From Paraphysomonas bandaiensis (taxonomy: Eukaryota > Protista > Chrysophyceae), in contig CBFFRP010000068.1 of NCBI GenBank assembly GCA_965644295.1, forward strand, positions 62,001 to 126,000: a stretch of DNA of 64,000 nucleotides. The letters run 5' to 3'. Shown here in pieces: positions 36,701-49,938 of this stretch. The first letter of the stretch is position 1. Every line of letters starts with the position of its first letter. The position numbers and the translations under genes are program-made. The notes beneath the pieces were generated by a model, which had not been told where the DNA came from, searched no databases, and saw only the letters and a list, made by a program, of their open reading frames with translations.

Positions 36701-39353
36701 TAGCAGGTGAGCTTAGTGTATCGGTCAGGGTTTTGTGTACCTATCTGACTACTACTTATCTTAGTTGCTGCGGCCGTCCCGCCAGAAACTATGCCTGGCG
36801 CTCCATTTTCCCCGACCGGTCTTACCAGTCCATTCTCAGGTGTTTGTGTCATGTATTTGTACTTGCGCCCATTAAATGTTGCTCTAGGATGTGTCTACGC
36901 GGTTCGCTTATACGACCCAGACACTGGTGTAGAAGTGTGGTCCGATAACGCTGCCCACTTTGGAGTTATATATGATTTGAAGTAAGAAACTAATATAGGA
37001 AGTAATCATTGTGATGACCTGGGCCTGTAGGTGGTCTATGAATGATGGATATTTGCTATCGTGCTCATCTGATGGGCAATGCAAGGTGACCACCTCATTA
37101 TTCACTCTATATGTCAATAATTAAAGCATTCAGGTGTGGCGTATGAGCGAGGGGCTCCTTCAGCACCAGCACTCGTTGCAACCATCTACCTCGTCCGCAG
37201 GTCGGTTAACTCCATACATTTCACCAGAATACATGAGGTTTGCATACAACAGGTCGTAGGGGTTCGACGTCGTCCCCAATTAGACGGGCGTCCAATCCAT
37301 CAATACCTCCTTCCGCACCTCAGCTGGTGTCTGTTATGGCTCATACACCGCCAGTCTACGTCTATACTGCAGTGTTTCAGGTGTGATTGTAGACTCAGAG
37401 TACTTATATTTATATTTATGTGTATATACGGACGAGAATATTATGATGTATTGTTGCATAGAATATATAGGAGTGTACATCGACGCATATAAACCGAATA
37501 AAGAACTAACGCATTCTTTTACAGGAGTATGGAACTAACGCCCCAGACTGTTCAACTACCGGCCATGCAAAAGTAGTAAGCGGTGGCCATGACGGTAGAT
37601 TACGGTATAGATGAACTTGTAATATTTGTTCATCGCTGAGTGCCTGACCGCTTTGTTACTGACACAGAGTGTGGAGCCAATCAGACTTTGTTGGTGACCT
37701 GACTATTGGAAAATCGCAAGCAAGTAGACAAGATAGTGATGGCGACGTTTTACCACGACCAGGATATGTAGATGTCCCACATATGGGATTTATGGTGCAA
37801 GCACTGGCCATTGACGTTCGTAGCAAGTAATACCAGTCCTTGAAGTTTTGTAGATTGTATTAACACCACTGCGTAGGTATATGTTTTCAGGTGATTCTGG
37901 AGGGAATATATTGATATGGCGACCAGGTTTGTTTTAATTTACCGGTATGGCTTGCATAATATGCATTTATAGATAACTCGGACTGGTATCAGCTGCTGAG
38001 AAAATTCAAGAAGGGTAAGTGGCATATATCATTTTTGCTTGCACCATCTGGAGCCCTAATTGATATTGGTTTAAGACGACTTATGTGGTCGGAGTATATG
38101 CAGTATGACTGTATACCCAGACAAAGCTAAGGGTTATCTTCTGGTTCTGGCAAGACCAAGTCTCACAGATGCCCCAAACGCTTCTGATGGTGGAGGAACC
38201 ACAGGGGGCGCAATGGCACTCTCATCGACTCTGTTGAAAATGTACGACCTGGGAACATATAGGTATGTTCCTTTACCAAACCAGGTAGGATATATGAGAT
38301 TTGTAACTGGCGCTGTGATTAGGGCGCAACATAACTTTCATGGGGCGACGGTATCGGAGGCGTTTAGTAGAGCTACATTTTCAGCTGATGGAAGGTATTA
38401 TCATTTACTTCATGTAGTGATGTGTGTAACAGTTTTGTAGGTATGCGATATGTGGTTGTGTGGGTAAAACGACAGAAGGGTTGGAAAAATATTACCTCGG
38501 CGCTTGGGACAGCCAGACTGGAACGCCTCAACAATCGAATATAGCTGGTGAGTGTTGACGTCATTTTCTAGTGTTTTGATTTACATTTTCTTTGTGCTTG
38601 GTAGGAGTAATAACCTACCCGTACTTACCTCGATGTGTGTCCTGGCACCCATCGCAGCACATGATGGCTGTCGCTATGGTTCGTATCGTTGAAAGTATAT
38701 TAAATCGTGGACTAATATTCGGTAGGTGGGATGTGGAGCGGCTGTGGGAATATACTGTGCAAATAAAGATAGGTAGACGCTTTGAAGTGTGGACTTGTGT
38801 AATTCTGTGTACTAATATCCATCTAGGGCAGAGAATGCAGCGCGTCAACTAGAAACCTTTGAATCATCTAGTTCTGAGTTAGCTAGTGATGGTGATGACA
38901 GGCTCAGTAGTGAGCGCCTCCGTTCCAGTTCCTCTAAACTTTCTGTTGTTGAAAAAATGAAACTTAAAGTTGGCAAGAAAGTAGTCACTAGTCCATCACG
39001 GAAATCAAAGGATGAAGGTAAGGATATCCTGTGAGGCATTCCACGATTGGGGTATTCCTGTTCCGTAGACTACTAACTTTTTCTGTATTCTGTTAACTGT
39101 ATTCAACAGGGGGTTCACGTAGGGGATCTACTGATGATACTCAAAGTGACTCTATGTCAGTTCAAGAAAAGCGGGCAGCTCGCACAATGTAAGTTAATTG
39201 TAGCTTTTTCTTCTCGTGTCGTAGATTGTTAGGTGCATTTTCTCTGTGAGGTAATTCATTTCGTTATCATGTTGCCACAGGGAAATTTTGGAGAGGATTC
39301 GAGCCGTCAGGGCTAAGCGAGAAGCAATTGAAGGGAAAGTAAAAGAGAAATAA
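33706..39353 (+). CDS. AHI1: Jouberin/AHI1-like ciliary transition-zone protein (C2-like domain plus WD40), many exons
   Basis: PFVKIHIVDADTG, WDEEIVF, LVLFEILD, RLAWAFL, LRLQLYE, R.PNEPCVLPN, FSHKGHLLA, HFGVIYDLKWS..D.YLLSCSSDG, HTPVYVY; 5' exon structure uncertain. Confidence 0.8.
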
Positions 39354-40128
39354 ATGTACTAATTTTTGTGGAGGTCTACTGTGTGGTGTTATTAGATTAT
39401 ATTCTTTTCTATGTACATTGATAATGTAGAGTGCTGTTATGGCCACGTTTTTATGTGTGGACAGAAGTAAATTGCTACTTATTTCACCCTAATGTGTTGC
39501 AAGAAACTTGTGTCGTCAGTAAATTTGTGAATGCGGTAAGTACTATGCTAGTGATAAAGTAGTAGTTCATACTTCGTGCCATGAAGGTGATAGAATGCAT
39601 TTTCTGTCATCTATAATCAATAATGCTTTAAAACTAAAACGTTGCTTTTATACGCATACACATACATTCCCGATAATATTACTGAACTACTCTAAGCTCA
39701 TGCTCAGAGTACTTATAAGTTTCTAAGACATAGGACCATGCAAATAGAGTCGAGAGTCTAACACATTGAGGTTTCTCTAGACTAATCGCTCTAAATGTTA
39801 GAACGAACGAAATGGTGATAAGAAGAATTTGATGATTTGCAAAAATTAGACAAATAAATAAACGATTCCCTCGTTCTGCCGTATGTTCGGTCAAAAAATA
39901 AGCTTACTTTCATCCTTATTATTACTACTAACCAACAAATTTATTCTTCTCTTGTGAACATGTTAACACAAGTGTATATGTCTGTATATTCATTGATAAT
40001 GAAGTTAAATAAAAACGTAATGAATGTATAATAGAAATAGAATCTTCTTCAGTCTCTTCGGTTCGTAAGATTAATATATTCTACTATTAACTGCTGTACT
40101 CTTCATATTATATCTTATTTAAATCTTC

Positions 40129-40183
40129 TGTATGTATGTATGTATGTATGTATGTATGTATGTATGTATGTATGTATGTATGT
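40129..40183. repeat. (TATG)n microsatellite
   Basis: Direct reading. Confidence 0.95.
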
Positions 40184-41073
40184 TCACAAACCTCCCAAAT
40201 CGTTGCAACACACGTGTCGTTTCGCTCATGCCATAATTCTCGTGCTCTGCCTCGCCCAACAGGTTTCGGCTCTAGCCCCAGGTGATTTCGATTCTTCATC
40301 AGCAGATGAATTTTGATCTTCTGAGCTGATATCTCAGCCTGATATTTGTCAAACTTCAGCACCTTGCTGTCCTCCTTCGCCTCATCAGAGAGCTACCACT
40401 CGCTACCATGTTAGAATATTGGACATTTCACTTAAGTTAACTTTCCTCTACACGTAAATCTTAACCTTGCTTTGTTAAACACAGTGCACTTTCAACTAAG
40501 AAATTATAATTGTTAATCGGAACACATCACTACATATTCGTGTAACATCTCTCTGGCAAAACACCTGTTATCAGCAACAGCTGTTTATCATATGTTCATC
40601 AGTCAGTCCTTTATAATCTCTGAACATATTGGTACTACTACCCGTTACACCTATAAGTTGACTTCACCTATTGCACACTATTAACTCACTTCAATTGCAC
40701 AATATATCACATCATAATGCAGAACTAAACATTCTTTGAGTAACGGTTATAATTCAAATATCTTTAAAACTACTGCTTCTAATTGCTCACAAACAGCAAA
40801 ACTCAACAGAATCACGTACCAAAAGATTTGGCTGCATCTAATTATAAACTACAAGATATCTAGCTAGAACAATGGGATGCATCAATTTTTGCAGTGCAGC
40901 ACACAACTGAGAAATGCACAGGTGGTTCAAACCAAGCGGCTAACAGTTAGTAGGTTGTTCAGTTTCTTAATTAGCAACAAAAGCAGGATATTATGCCACA
41001 CTGCAGATACAAAAATTCAGAAATTCAAAACAACTGAATAGCACAATTGACGTTTTCCGTCAGACAAGTTGTA

Positions 41074-42999
41074 TCAATTCGATGATTGCAATACATTTTT
41101 TGTTTCCGGCGAAGAAAAAACATCAAGTTTACCATCCACTGGCCCTTGAGATAGAGATGATTTGTGACCACGGTATCGGCAGCAATATGCACAACACCCA
41201 CACACGCCGCAACAACCCGCAATCGCGATGAAAATAAATCCAATGATCCAGGCAGCCTTCATTTCGGTTTTGCAATAACGTACGTGGCCTTCAATCTTAA
41301 TAAAACAGTTGAAAAGATCTTCGTTTGCCCCACAGTTTTCGTCATCATCATAATAAGGATCATTCGTGCCAAAATCGTCACAGACACACATATCGCACTT
41401 AATGTACTTTCCCTCATCGTTTGAAGCATCATGAAAACAATCTGTAGCAGGACCACACATAGAGTCGTACATACTGGTTGGAGCTGCAGTTGGAGTTCTC
41501 ATAGAGGATAAGGTGTAACGCACATACAGGCTGCTTCCTTCATACTCACAAAATGCTCCCACATCACTCGTGGCAATTACCTCAACCTGAAGATTGCCGT
41601 TGATATCAACCAGTTGATCAATTTCTAACTGTCGAAAACACTTATAGAAAGCTTCTCCACAAGCATCGTCAGGGTTACACACACCATAACCCACTCCATT
41701 GACGGTAACATTAGCGTACTCATTAAACCCATCAAAATCTGTAGGAAACACCTCCACAGTGAGATATTTAGGGTGCATTGTATCAACTGCAGTAAATGTA
41801 TATTTCACTCCTTCATCAGGTTCAGTTGTTCCTCCTTCCCATTCCCGTATTGATACGGTAGGTGATGTAGGAGAATGGGTAGGGGTAGAAGTAGGTGTTG
41901 GTGTATTACTATACCATCGGATGCTGTCGTCTCCATATGAAGCAGACAGAATATCAATTGTGGAGTCACCATCAATATCAACAGCATACACAGAACGCAC
42001 TGAGGAAGCACTAGCTGTTATAGTGTGAGGTGTGAATGACTGAAAACCATTATTCTCATACCACACAACTGAATTCAAGTATCTCAGAGCAGACACTACA
42101 TCCATATCACCATCACCATCAATATCAGATGCATACACGGAATATGCACCATCAGCAGATGACTGTATGGTATGTGCTGTAAATGATTGAAAACCATTGT
42201 TCTCATACCAGACCACCTTATTTTCATCGTACGATGCAGATAATACGTCAATGTCGCCATCATTATCCATGTCAATAGCATAGACAGCACCAACTTGGCT
42301 GCTCGATATAATATGACTTTCAAAATTTTCAGAACCATCATTCTCATGCCAGTGAAGACCATTAGTAAGACTGTAGGCAGATAGTATATCTATGTCACCA
42401 TCACCATCCATATCAATAGCATACACAGCTTTGGCACTATTAAGTGTATTCGCTATTCTGTGTGTAGTGAAACTCTGCAACCCGTTATTCTCATACCAAT
42501 TAAGTTCCCCGTCATCCTCTGAAGCAGCAAGAACGTCAATATCTCCATCGTTATCCATGTCAATGGCAAACACCGAGCGCGCCCCATGGGACGTGGGGCC
42601 AATTACATGCTGCGTAAACGCCTGAGCTCCATCATTCTCAAACCATAACACATCATCGCCTATATTCGCAGCAGCAATAACGTCAATGTCATTATCTCCA
42701 TCCATGTCTATAGCAAACACACAGTATGCGCCATCGGCAGTGGTGGATATGTCATGCACTATCCAAGCACTACCCACTCCATTGTTCTCATACCACGCTA
42801 TCCTATCATCCATGTAGGATGCAGACAGGACATCCATATCTCCATCTCCATCCATGTCGATTGCAAACACTGATTCGGCTCCATCTGCAGTGGAGGATAT
42901 AGTGTTAGTGGTGAAAGACGCGGCATAGCTTTGGCTTGTGTACAATGCATGCAGAGCAAGCACAACGAGATGTTGCATCTGGGACAACTGGGGTAACAT
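41074..42999 (-). CDS. FG-GAP/VCBS beta-propeller repeat type I membrane protein
   Basis: Seven repeats of VFAIDMDGDGDxDVL..S...WYEN; likely start MLPQLSQMQHLVVLAL (signal-like); short PT linkers; Cys-rich domains; TM AAWIIGFIFIAIAGCCGVCGCCAYCC; intronless. Confidence 0.9.
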   Translation of the reverse strand: MLPQLSQMQHLVVLALHALYTSQSYAASFTTNTISSTADGAESVFAIDMDGDGDMDVLSASYMDDRIAWYENNGVGSAWIVHDISTTADGAYCVFAIDMDGDNDIDVIAAANIGDDVLWFENDGAQAFTQHVIGPTSHGARSVFAIDMDNDGDIDVLAASEDDGELNWYENNGLQSFTTHRIANTLNSAKAVYAIDMDGDGDIDILSAYSLTNGLHWHENDGSENFESHIISSSQVGAVYAIDMDNDGDIDVLSASYDENKVVWYENNGFQSFTAHTIQSSADGAYSVYASDIDGDGDMDVVSALRYLNSVVWYENNGFQSFTPHTITASASSVRSVYAVDIDGDSTIDILSASYGDDSIRWYSNTPTPTSTPTHSPTSPTVSIREWEGGTTEPDEGVKYTFTAVDTMHPKYLTVEVFPTDFDGFNEYANVTVNGVGYGVCNPDDACGEAFYKCFRQLEIDQLVDINGNLQVEVIATSDVGAFCEYEGSSLYVRYTLSSMRTPTAAPTSMYDSMCGPATDCFHDASNDEGKYIKCDMCVCDDFGTNDPYYDDDENCGANEDLFNCFIKIEGHVRYCKTEMKAAWIIGFIFIAIAGCCGVCGCCAYCCRYRGHKSSLSQGPVDGKLDVFSSPETKNVLQSSN

Positions 43000-43119
43000 T
43001 GCAGCTATATTCAAGGGTTTGAGAGATAGACTTAATTGAGCATGCTGGATGCTGCGAATATACATACATATATATACATATGGGACACAGACCACATAAA
43101 AGAAAATTCCTCAACATGG

Positions 43120-43655
43120 ACATACATACATACATACATACATACATACATACATACATACATACATACATACATACATACATACATACATACATACATA
43201 CATACATACATACATACATACATACATACATACATACATACATACATACATACATACATACATACATACATACATACATACATACATACATACATACATA
43301 CATACATACATACATACATACATACATACATACATACATACATACATACATACATACATACATACATACATACATACATACATACATACATACATACATA
43401 CATACATACATACATACATACATACATACATACATACATACATACATACATACATACATACATACATACATACATACATACATACATACATACATACATA
43501 CATACATACATACATACATACATACATACATACATACATACATACATACATACATACATACATACATACATACATACATACATACATACATACATACATA
43601 CATACATACATACATACATACATACATACATACATACATACATACATACATACAT
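43120..43655. repeat. Perfect (CATA)n microsatellite, about 134 units
   Basis: Direct reading; source of the spurious MYVC/HTYI ORFs. Confidence 0.98.
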
Positions 43656-43959
43656 GTAGTTACGACGTAGGTACATATAGGAAATCCTACAGTAGAAAGT
43701 CCTACAACAAACTGTATACAGGATCAGTCGTAGGCTAGGTTGAAATGCAGTGTTGAACTACAAGATGAAGAAGAGCACATATAGGTATTGAAAGTGACCC
43801 ATATGCCCATCAATCCAATACATACATACATACTTACATACATCCCCATACATATATATATACATACATACATTCTTATCATATGAGTATACATCCCCCA
43901 TATCACACACTATCATACCTCTCTTTAACCTCATTTCCTATTAAACTAAATACTTCTCT

Positions 43960-44238
43960 ACTAATAAACCCCTTATCTCCCCTCTCTAGCCCTCTCTAAC
44001 CCTCTTTTACTCCCTCTAGTTCTCTGTAACCCTCTATATCCCTCTATATCCCTCTATATCCCTCTATATCCCTCTATATCCCTCTATAGCCTTCTATAGC
44101 CCTCTCTATTCTTCTCTAACCCTCTTTTGCTCCTCTAGTCCTCTCTAACCCTCTATAGCCCTCTCTTACCCCTCTCCAACCCTCCTTACCCTCTCTAGTC
44201 CTCTATAGCCCTCTCTAACCCTCTCTAGCCACTCTATA
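43960..44238 (+). repeat. Pyrimidine-rich degenerate 10-bp tandem repeat (CCCTCTATAT / CCCTCTCTAA)
   Basis: Perfect CCTCTATATC units at 44031-44080 with degenerate flanking units. Confidence 0.85.
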
Positions 44239-44254
44239 CACTATAATCATATAT

Positions 44255-46772
44255 ATGAAATCAGAACATATCAAACTCTTAGATAACAAATCTTTTCATA
44301 GTACTAAACATAATCAACAAGATATTTTTGAACCAATCTTATTAAAAACTGTATGGCCTGTATTAGGATCTATCTTATTCATATTACTACTCATATCTCT
44401 ATTACATATAAGTAGATTCACTCCATCAGTATCTTCTGCTATTACTACTGTATCATTAATATCGAATCCATCACTTAAATGGGGTATTGCTGGATTAGGA
44501 AGAATATCTATAGATTTTGCAACTGCTCTTCATATTGCTGGTATTTTCATATCCTTTCTTTCTTATCTATTCATTATTAGTATATAGGGGCAAATTTAAC
44601 ATCTGTTGCTGCGGGAAGTTTACCGAACAGAAAGGAAAGAGCGGATGCTTTTGGAAGTATATTTAATGTTCCACACACGAATTGCTATGGCAGTTATGAA
44701 GAACTTGCAAATGACCCTCTTGTGGACATTGTTTACATAGGAAACACCAACCAGCTCCACTATAAAACTGCAATTATGCTTATTGAGGCCAATAAACATG
44801 TTCTCGTTGAAAAGGTGGTTGTATATATGATGTTGCTACAACTATAATGTGTTAATATGTATAGCCAACTTCGATGACAACAGAAGAAACAGTAAAAATG
44901 ATTTATGCAGCAAGACAGAAGGTGATACTATGACAGTTAATTCAATAATTCAGTAATGAGTCAATTAGGGCGTTTTCTTTGGCACAAACTATTGGAGTAA
45001 GTCTTACATTATCTCTTATTTTGACTGTGTAAGTCTTATATCCACATAGCGAGATTCTTTCCAGCAGTCGTTCACGCCAGAGAGCAAATGGAAGCCGGTT
45101 GTATAGGAGACGTTGTGAGTGTACGAGGAGATTTCGGATTTCAGGTGTGGGGCTAGAAAGAAGCTATATATACTTTTAGAGTAGTGGTTATATCAGATTT
45201 AAGATGTTTCCGTGTTTGGGTGCTGAGTAGATTGACATGCTCTTGTATGTCGCTTTAGGCTGAGCCTGATACGAACGATCGATTCTTAAACCCAATTACA
45301 GGAGGAGGTGAATATTAATCTTTATTTCCTTACACGGATTGCTGATGCGATATAGTGCAACATATAGTTTGTTAATATCGTGTACTCGCCCAGGTGCTAT
45401 GCTAGATATGGGTTGCTACCTGGTTCAATTTGCAACTCTAGCTCTAGATGCAGTTGTGGCATACAAGTCCACTGTTACATCAAAATTGGCTGTGTATGAG
45501 TCTGACACCTTAAAGCTTGGAATTAGAAGCCCAGATCACATTGAAGCAGATGGTGAAGTTGGAAATGATGGAGTAGACTTAGAAATGTCCTTCCTCCTTA
45601 AGGTGCAGATTGTTTTATGTTACATTGAGTGTGCTTGTACTTGCTCTATATTGTCTCTGTTATAGTCTCGAAATAGACGTAGTATTAGCGTGAAGTATAC
45701 ATGCAGTGGACGTCATTTCCTTACTTATATATTTCTGCCATTATTTCAGTGGGCGTCAGACAGCGACGTACAGGGAGCTAGCACGGTATCAAGACTTCAG
45801 AGCAAATATAGTGACGTTGGGCGATTCCGAGGTTTATCAGGTCTATTTTCTACAAGTCTGAGAAGAGCTTCACCTTTTACTGTGGAGGTATGTAGTACAG
45901 GAACTAAATATTTATAAGCTGTATTTATAGTTTACTTCGTCCTAGTAGCTTATAGTGTACTTATTTTTGCAAAGAGTATTTTTTTGCTGCTGTGTTCAAT
46001 TATTCAAGGGTAATATTGATGCTCGTTTTTGATTTCTAATATATAGATCATGGGAACACATGGGTTTATAAACATAGACAGTCCAGCCAATTGCCCCTCC
46101 CGCAGTGTGGTGAATGTTGGAAGTGATGCGTATGCCGATAAAAGCCCTTCTGTGTTTCCCACTGAAGACATCTGTAATAAGGTTAAAAATAATCATATGT
46201 ATGGTGATATTTTGAAGCGTGAAATATGTATGAATTTAAGGTGGATACTTTATTTCTACAGTTGTGTATGTATACTTCGTGGAAACCAAAGTATTGTAAC
46301 ATTCGATTTTATACGTTTGTTACAGAATTCTATTGGATCTAACGTATTTGAATCTCCTCTTCCAGCCCGCCCAGCTCAATTTGGAGTGAGTTCAATTTCA
46401 CCATTCATAGATGGAAGTATATATAACTCTGTATTGACTATTACTCTGTATATACATTATACACGCGATTTTATGCAAATGATGCACTGGTGTTTTGTTA
46501 ATGGTGGTGTATGTTGCAGCGTCAGCAGTACGCAGGAACTACTGGATTTGTGTATATTATATCCGCCATAGAGAGGTGTTTCGTTTCCTCATATGCGGCA
46601 AACGGAACAATGGGATGTTTAGAACTGCCAGAACTCACAGCTGAAGAGCAGGTGAATATCAACATAAGTGCGTATAGTTTTGTCTTAAGTTGTGATACAG
46701 GTTCTAATCATGAGCATTACAGAAGATGTGCGTATAAAAGGAGGAAATTATAATATAAGTTCTGCAGAATGA
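44255..46772 (+). CDS. Gfo/Idh/MocA (dihydrodiol dehydrogenase-like) oxidoreductase with N-terminal TM, multi-exon
   Basis: LKWGIAGLGRISIDF, YGSYEELANDPLVDIVYIG, KHVLVEK|P, NYW.RFFP, GGG|AMLDMGCYLVQF, GTHGFINIDSP. Confidence 0.88.
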
Positions 46773-47529
46773 ATCTTTGTATCTATTCATCACTTCGTTG
46801 AGTTTGATTTTCAATTTTAACCGTGGCATATACGAATAGCACAATGTAAAATGTTTCGATGTATATCTGGTGCTGTAACACATTAGTTTTTTTATTTCAC
46901 AGTTACACTTTAGCAGAAGTAACGGTTTGAGTTTCCACTTCTACTAGCTTATTATATTTAACCTGGCAATTTACTTTACTCTTTATTCGATATACTTTGA
47001 AATACACGCCGTAGAGGTGATATTTCTATCAAACCTTTGGAAATAAAAAAGGTGTATAGATTTACGGTGTAACATATGTCTAAATGACAGGCAGTGAAAT
47101 TTCTCATACGATTCAGTTCATTGTTCATTATAGTAGATAGTAGAGAATATTGGTCATTATACTATGCACTATGCACTAATCCACGTTGAGCTATATCCTC
47201 AACCGCGAGTCGTACAGAGTATTGAGGCTATATCGTCTCAATAATATTCGTACAAGCGATGATACTCCGTTTTCAACGGTTAAATTCTTGCTTCTTTCCA
47301 CGATGTGCGATTGCAAATTTTCATAAAATTGGAAGTTGATTGAAGTAGGTGGACTTGCTACTAGCTACCGGTAGTGTAACTGTGTGGTGTTCACCTATGG
47401 TAACTTAAATTATTGTGCTGGGTTTTCAATTGTTTGTAAGAAAAGAAGATATTTTTTAATGAGGCATTGTTAAAAGTTTAGGGATGTGCCAGACAGATAT
47501 CTATCATGCAGAAGAAAGATCAGCTACAT

Positions 47530-48666
47530 TTAGAAAGTCACTTCACCCTCCTTAGAGGCAGCCGCATGGAAAGCCTTTCTGCGTCCCTTGAAAGCTCTGC
47601 GGGCCTTCTGCTCAGCAGCTCTGTTCTCACGGTTCTTCTTCTCCTTAGCCTCAGTGCGGGCCTTAGCAGCATCAGCGTAAGGGTTCAAGGCAAGCATGAC
47701 ATCGCGGTTCTTGAGAGGATTCCTCTTCTTGGGGAGAACAGTCACCTCCTTGACGGCAGGCTTGCAGACAGACTGAATCTCATCAGAGTTGATGATACGA
47801 GCAAGGTCGGCGTTGGTCATGGCACCGTGGGGGAGGTTGAATCCCTTCTTGAGCTCAGCGCCGTTCTCGTAGGTTCCGAAGAGAGCATCGAGCTTCTCAA
47901 AAGCTCCCTTGGTCCAGATGCAGAATCTGCCGAGGTGGCCACCAGGAGCAAGATCAAGAAGATTAAGGTTGTCAACAGAGGTCACCTCAACACCGGAGAG
48001 GTTTCTGAAGGCCTTGTGAAGTCCCTCAGAAGTCTCGTAGATGACAAGAGGTCCGCGGCGCATAGTGTAGCGGCGGTTACGCATCTTACCAACACCTCTG
48101 CGGATCTTGCGAGAGTCCTTGCACTTCTCAACATCAGCGAAAGCACCGAATCTCTCGAGGATAGCCTTGGCCTCCTTGGTGCGAGTGATGGTGTTGACAG
48201 AGTTGTCAAGAACAAGAGGGAACTCAGGGACCTCATCAATACGGTGTCCGCGAGCCATAACAAGAGGAGGCACAGCAGATGCAGCTAGAGCAGATGCAAC
48301 AGCATATCTACGTTGATTAACATTAATCTTACGATGCCAACGACGCCAGATCTTAGTAGGAGCAAACATACGTCCACCACGGCACATGTTACCAAAGGCA
48401 CCTTGACCAGATCGAGATGTACCACCACCAGGCACACGTGGGATACGTGATACAGCACGTCCAGTACCCCATGATTCAGCAGGTGTTTGCATACCAGCAC
48501 GACGTGATACAGCATATGCTTGACGTTTATTTTTTGACATCAGATTATGTACGTAATTTACAATATCTGGACGAATTGGTGCAGTCATAACGGCTGGTAG
48601 AGTGGCTTGAGTAACCCCTGCATCTGCATTCGCAGGATCGAAAACTGATACTAATGGACGACTCAT
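47530..48666 (-). CDS. RPL4: 60S ribosomal protein L4 (uL4)
   Basis: [68 protein letters not shown]. Confidence 0.99.
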   Translation of the reverse strand: MSRPLVSVFDPANADAGVTQATLPAVMTAPIRPDIVNYVHNLMSKNKRQAYAVSRRAGMQTPAESWGTGRAVSRIPRVPGGGTSRSGQGAFGNMCRGGRMFAPTKIWRRWHRKINVNQRRYAVASALAASAVPPLVMARGHRIDEVPEFPLVLDNSVNTITRTKEAKAILERFGAFADVEKCKDSRKIRRGVGKMRNRRYTMRRGPLVIYETSEGLHKAFRNLSGVEVTSVDNLNLLDLAPGGHLGRFCIWTKGAFEKLDALFGTYENGAELKKGFNLPHGAMTNADLARIINSDEIQSVCKPAVKEVTVLPKKRNPLKNRDVMLALNPYADAAKARTEAKEKKNRENRAAEQKARRAFKGRRKAFHAAASKEGEVTF

Positions 48667-49938
48667 TATATCCCTAACTTTCTTAATATGCCTCTATTAT
48701 AATGATTAAGTTCATGGATTGACTATATATGTATGTGTCAATACACCACACATATCATACCATTATAATCATATCTTAAAGAGTTTTTTAATAAAATACT
48801 GAAAATGATATAAAAATGAATGGGAATGAGTATACTGAGAATACATTGTAGTATTAGAGATAAGATGTATTCTTTGTTGGTTATAGACTATACCATACAT
48901 CATAATCGTATCTCAAAGAGATGAAATCAGAAACTGAATAAAATTTATATACCAACTTCATCAATTGAGAGTATCTTCAAGGGATAAGGTTGAAAAACTG
49001 AAAGCGATCACACCATCTTTCTATGTCCTATGTCCTGTTTACTGCTCGTATGTTATAAATCAGCTACGTGGATACTCGATATCTTGCTATAATAATACAT
49101 ATAAATGCACACTTTCTATACTATCATTGCAAATATAAAGAGTGCAACTCCAACAGGTGGATGATAAAGATTCATGATAACAATGTGTGTGAAATCATAA
49201 TCAGGTAGAGGTGTAGTAGGATGCATACGTTAGCGCAACACAGATAAAATAAGTTTTTCAATCTCTTAACATGCGTTCATATGTGTTAGAAGTGCATACA
49301 ACATGACTCGTGCACCTGTACTTAGATATTTCTTAATTTCTTGAGCTGACAGAATAATTTTATTCGCATACTAGCCCACATCAGCTTCATCTTCCTCTAT
49401 ATTGTTGCAATCATTGTGAAAACATGGCCTTCTATTTTTCACCAAAATATTGATTGCCATATATTGCGACTTTAACATATGGCCTGGCCGCCAATCAATA
49501 TATTGTTTCCGAATCCTGCTTCGAAGTATTGCCGGTACAGTGAATACTTGATCACATAACCGCATATAAGTAAAATCAACTCAGTAATATTAATGTTGAT
49601 ATAGATAATAATAAGTAAGTGTAGTAATGGGTTACTAAGTGTGAATAGAAGTAAGTGTTACTAAGCCAAAGTCTCGTTGCTCTTGATATCTTCCATGCAA
49701 TACTTCAAAGTTTTAGGGTAGTTGGATGCAATAACTATGTCTTCGAAATGTGTAAATTCCACCCTACAAAGCACTACTGATATCGATGACCTCATTTAAA
49801 TGCCAAACAGTATTTTTTTTAACATGACTAATTAATTATACGTAGATTAGTGCCATTTAATGCAGCGATGATATACTCATGTCCATGAGCAACACAGAGC
49901 ACGAATATCAGGCATACTAGCAACAATTCCTTAATATG

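Noticed and set aside
40108-40410. ORF fragment running into (CATA)n, with CTGATGAGGCGAAG on the minus strand
   Set aside because: No recognisable domain, stop codon upstream, and the hammerhead GAAA and stems are absent
42905-43676. Long MYVC/HTYI ORFs on both strands
   Set aside because: Artefacts of the stop-free (CATA)n microsatellite
43960-44238. CTAACCCT units resembling telomeric repeats
   Set aside because: Isolated units within a 10-bp CT-rich array, not tandem TTAGGG/TTTAGGG
47506-48288. 260-aa antisense ORF over RPL4
   Set aside because: Typical shadow ORF caused by strong codon bias in a highly expressed gene
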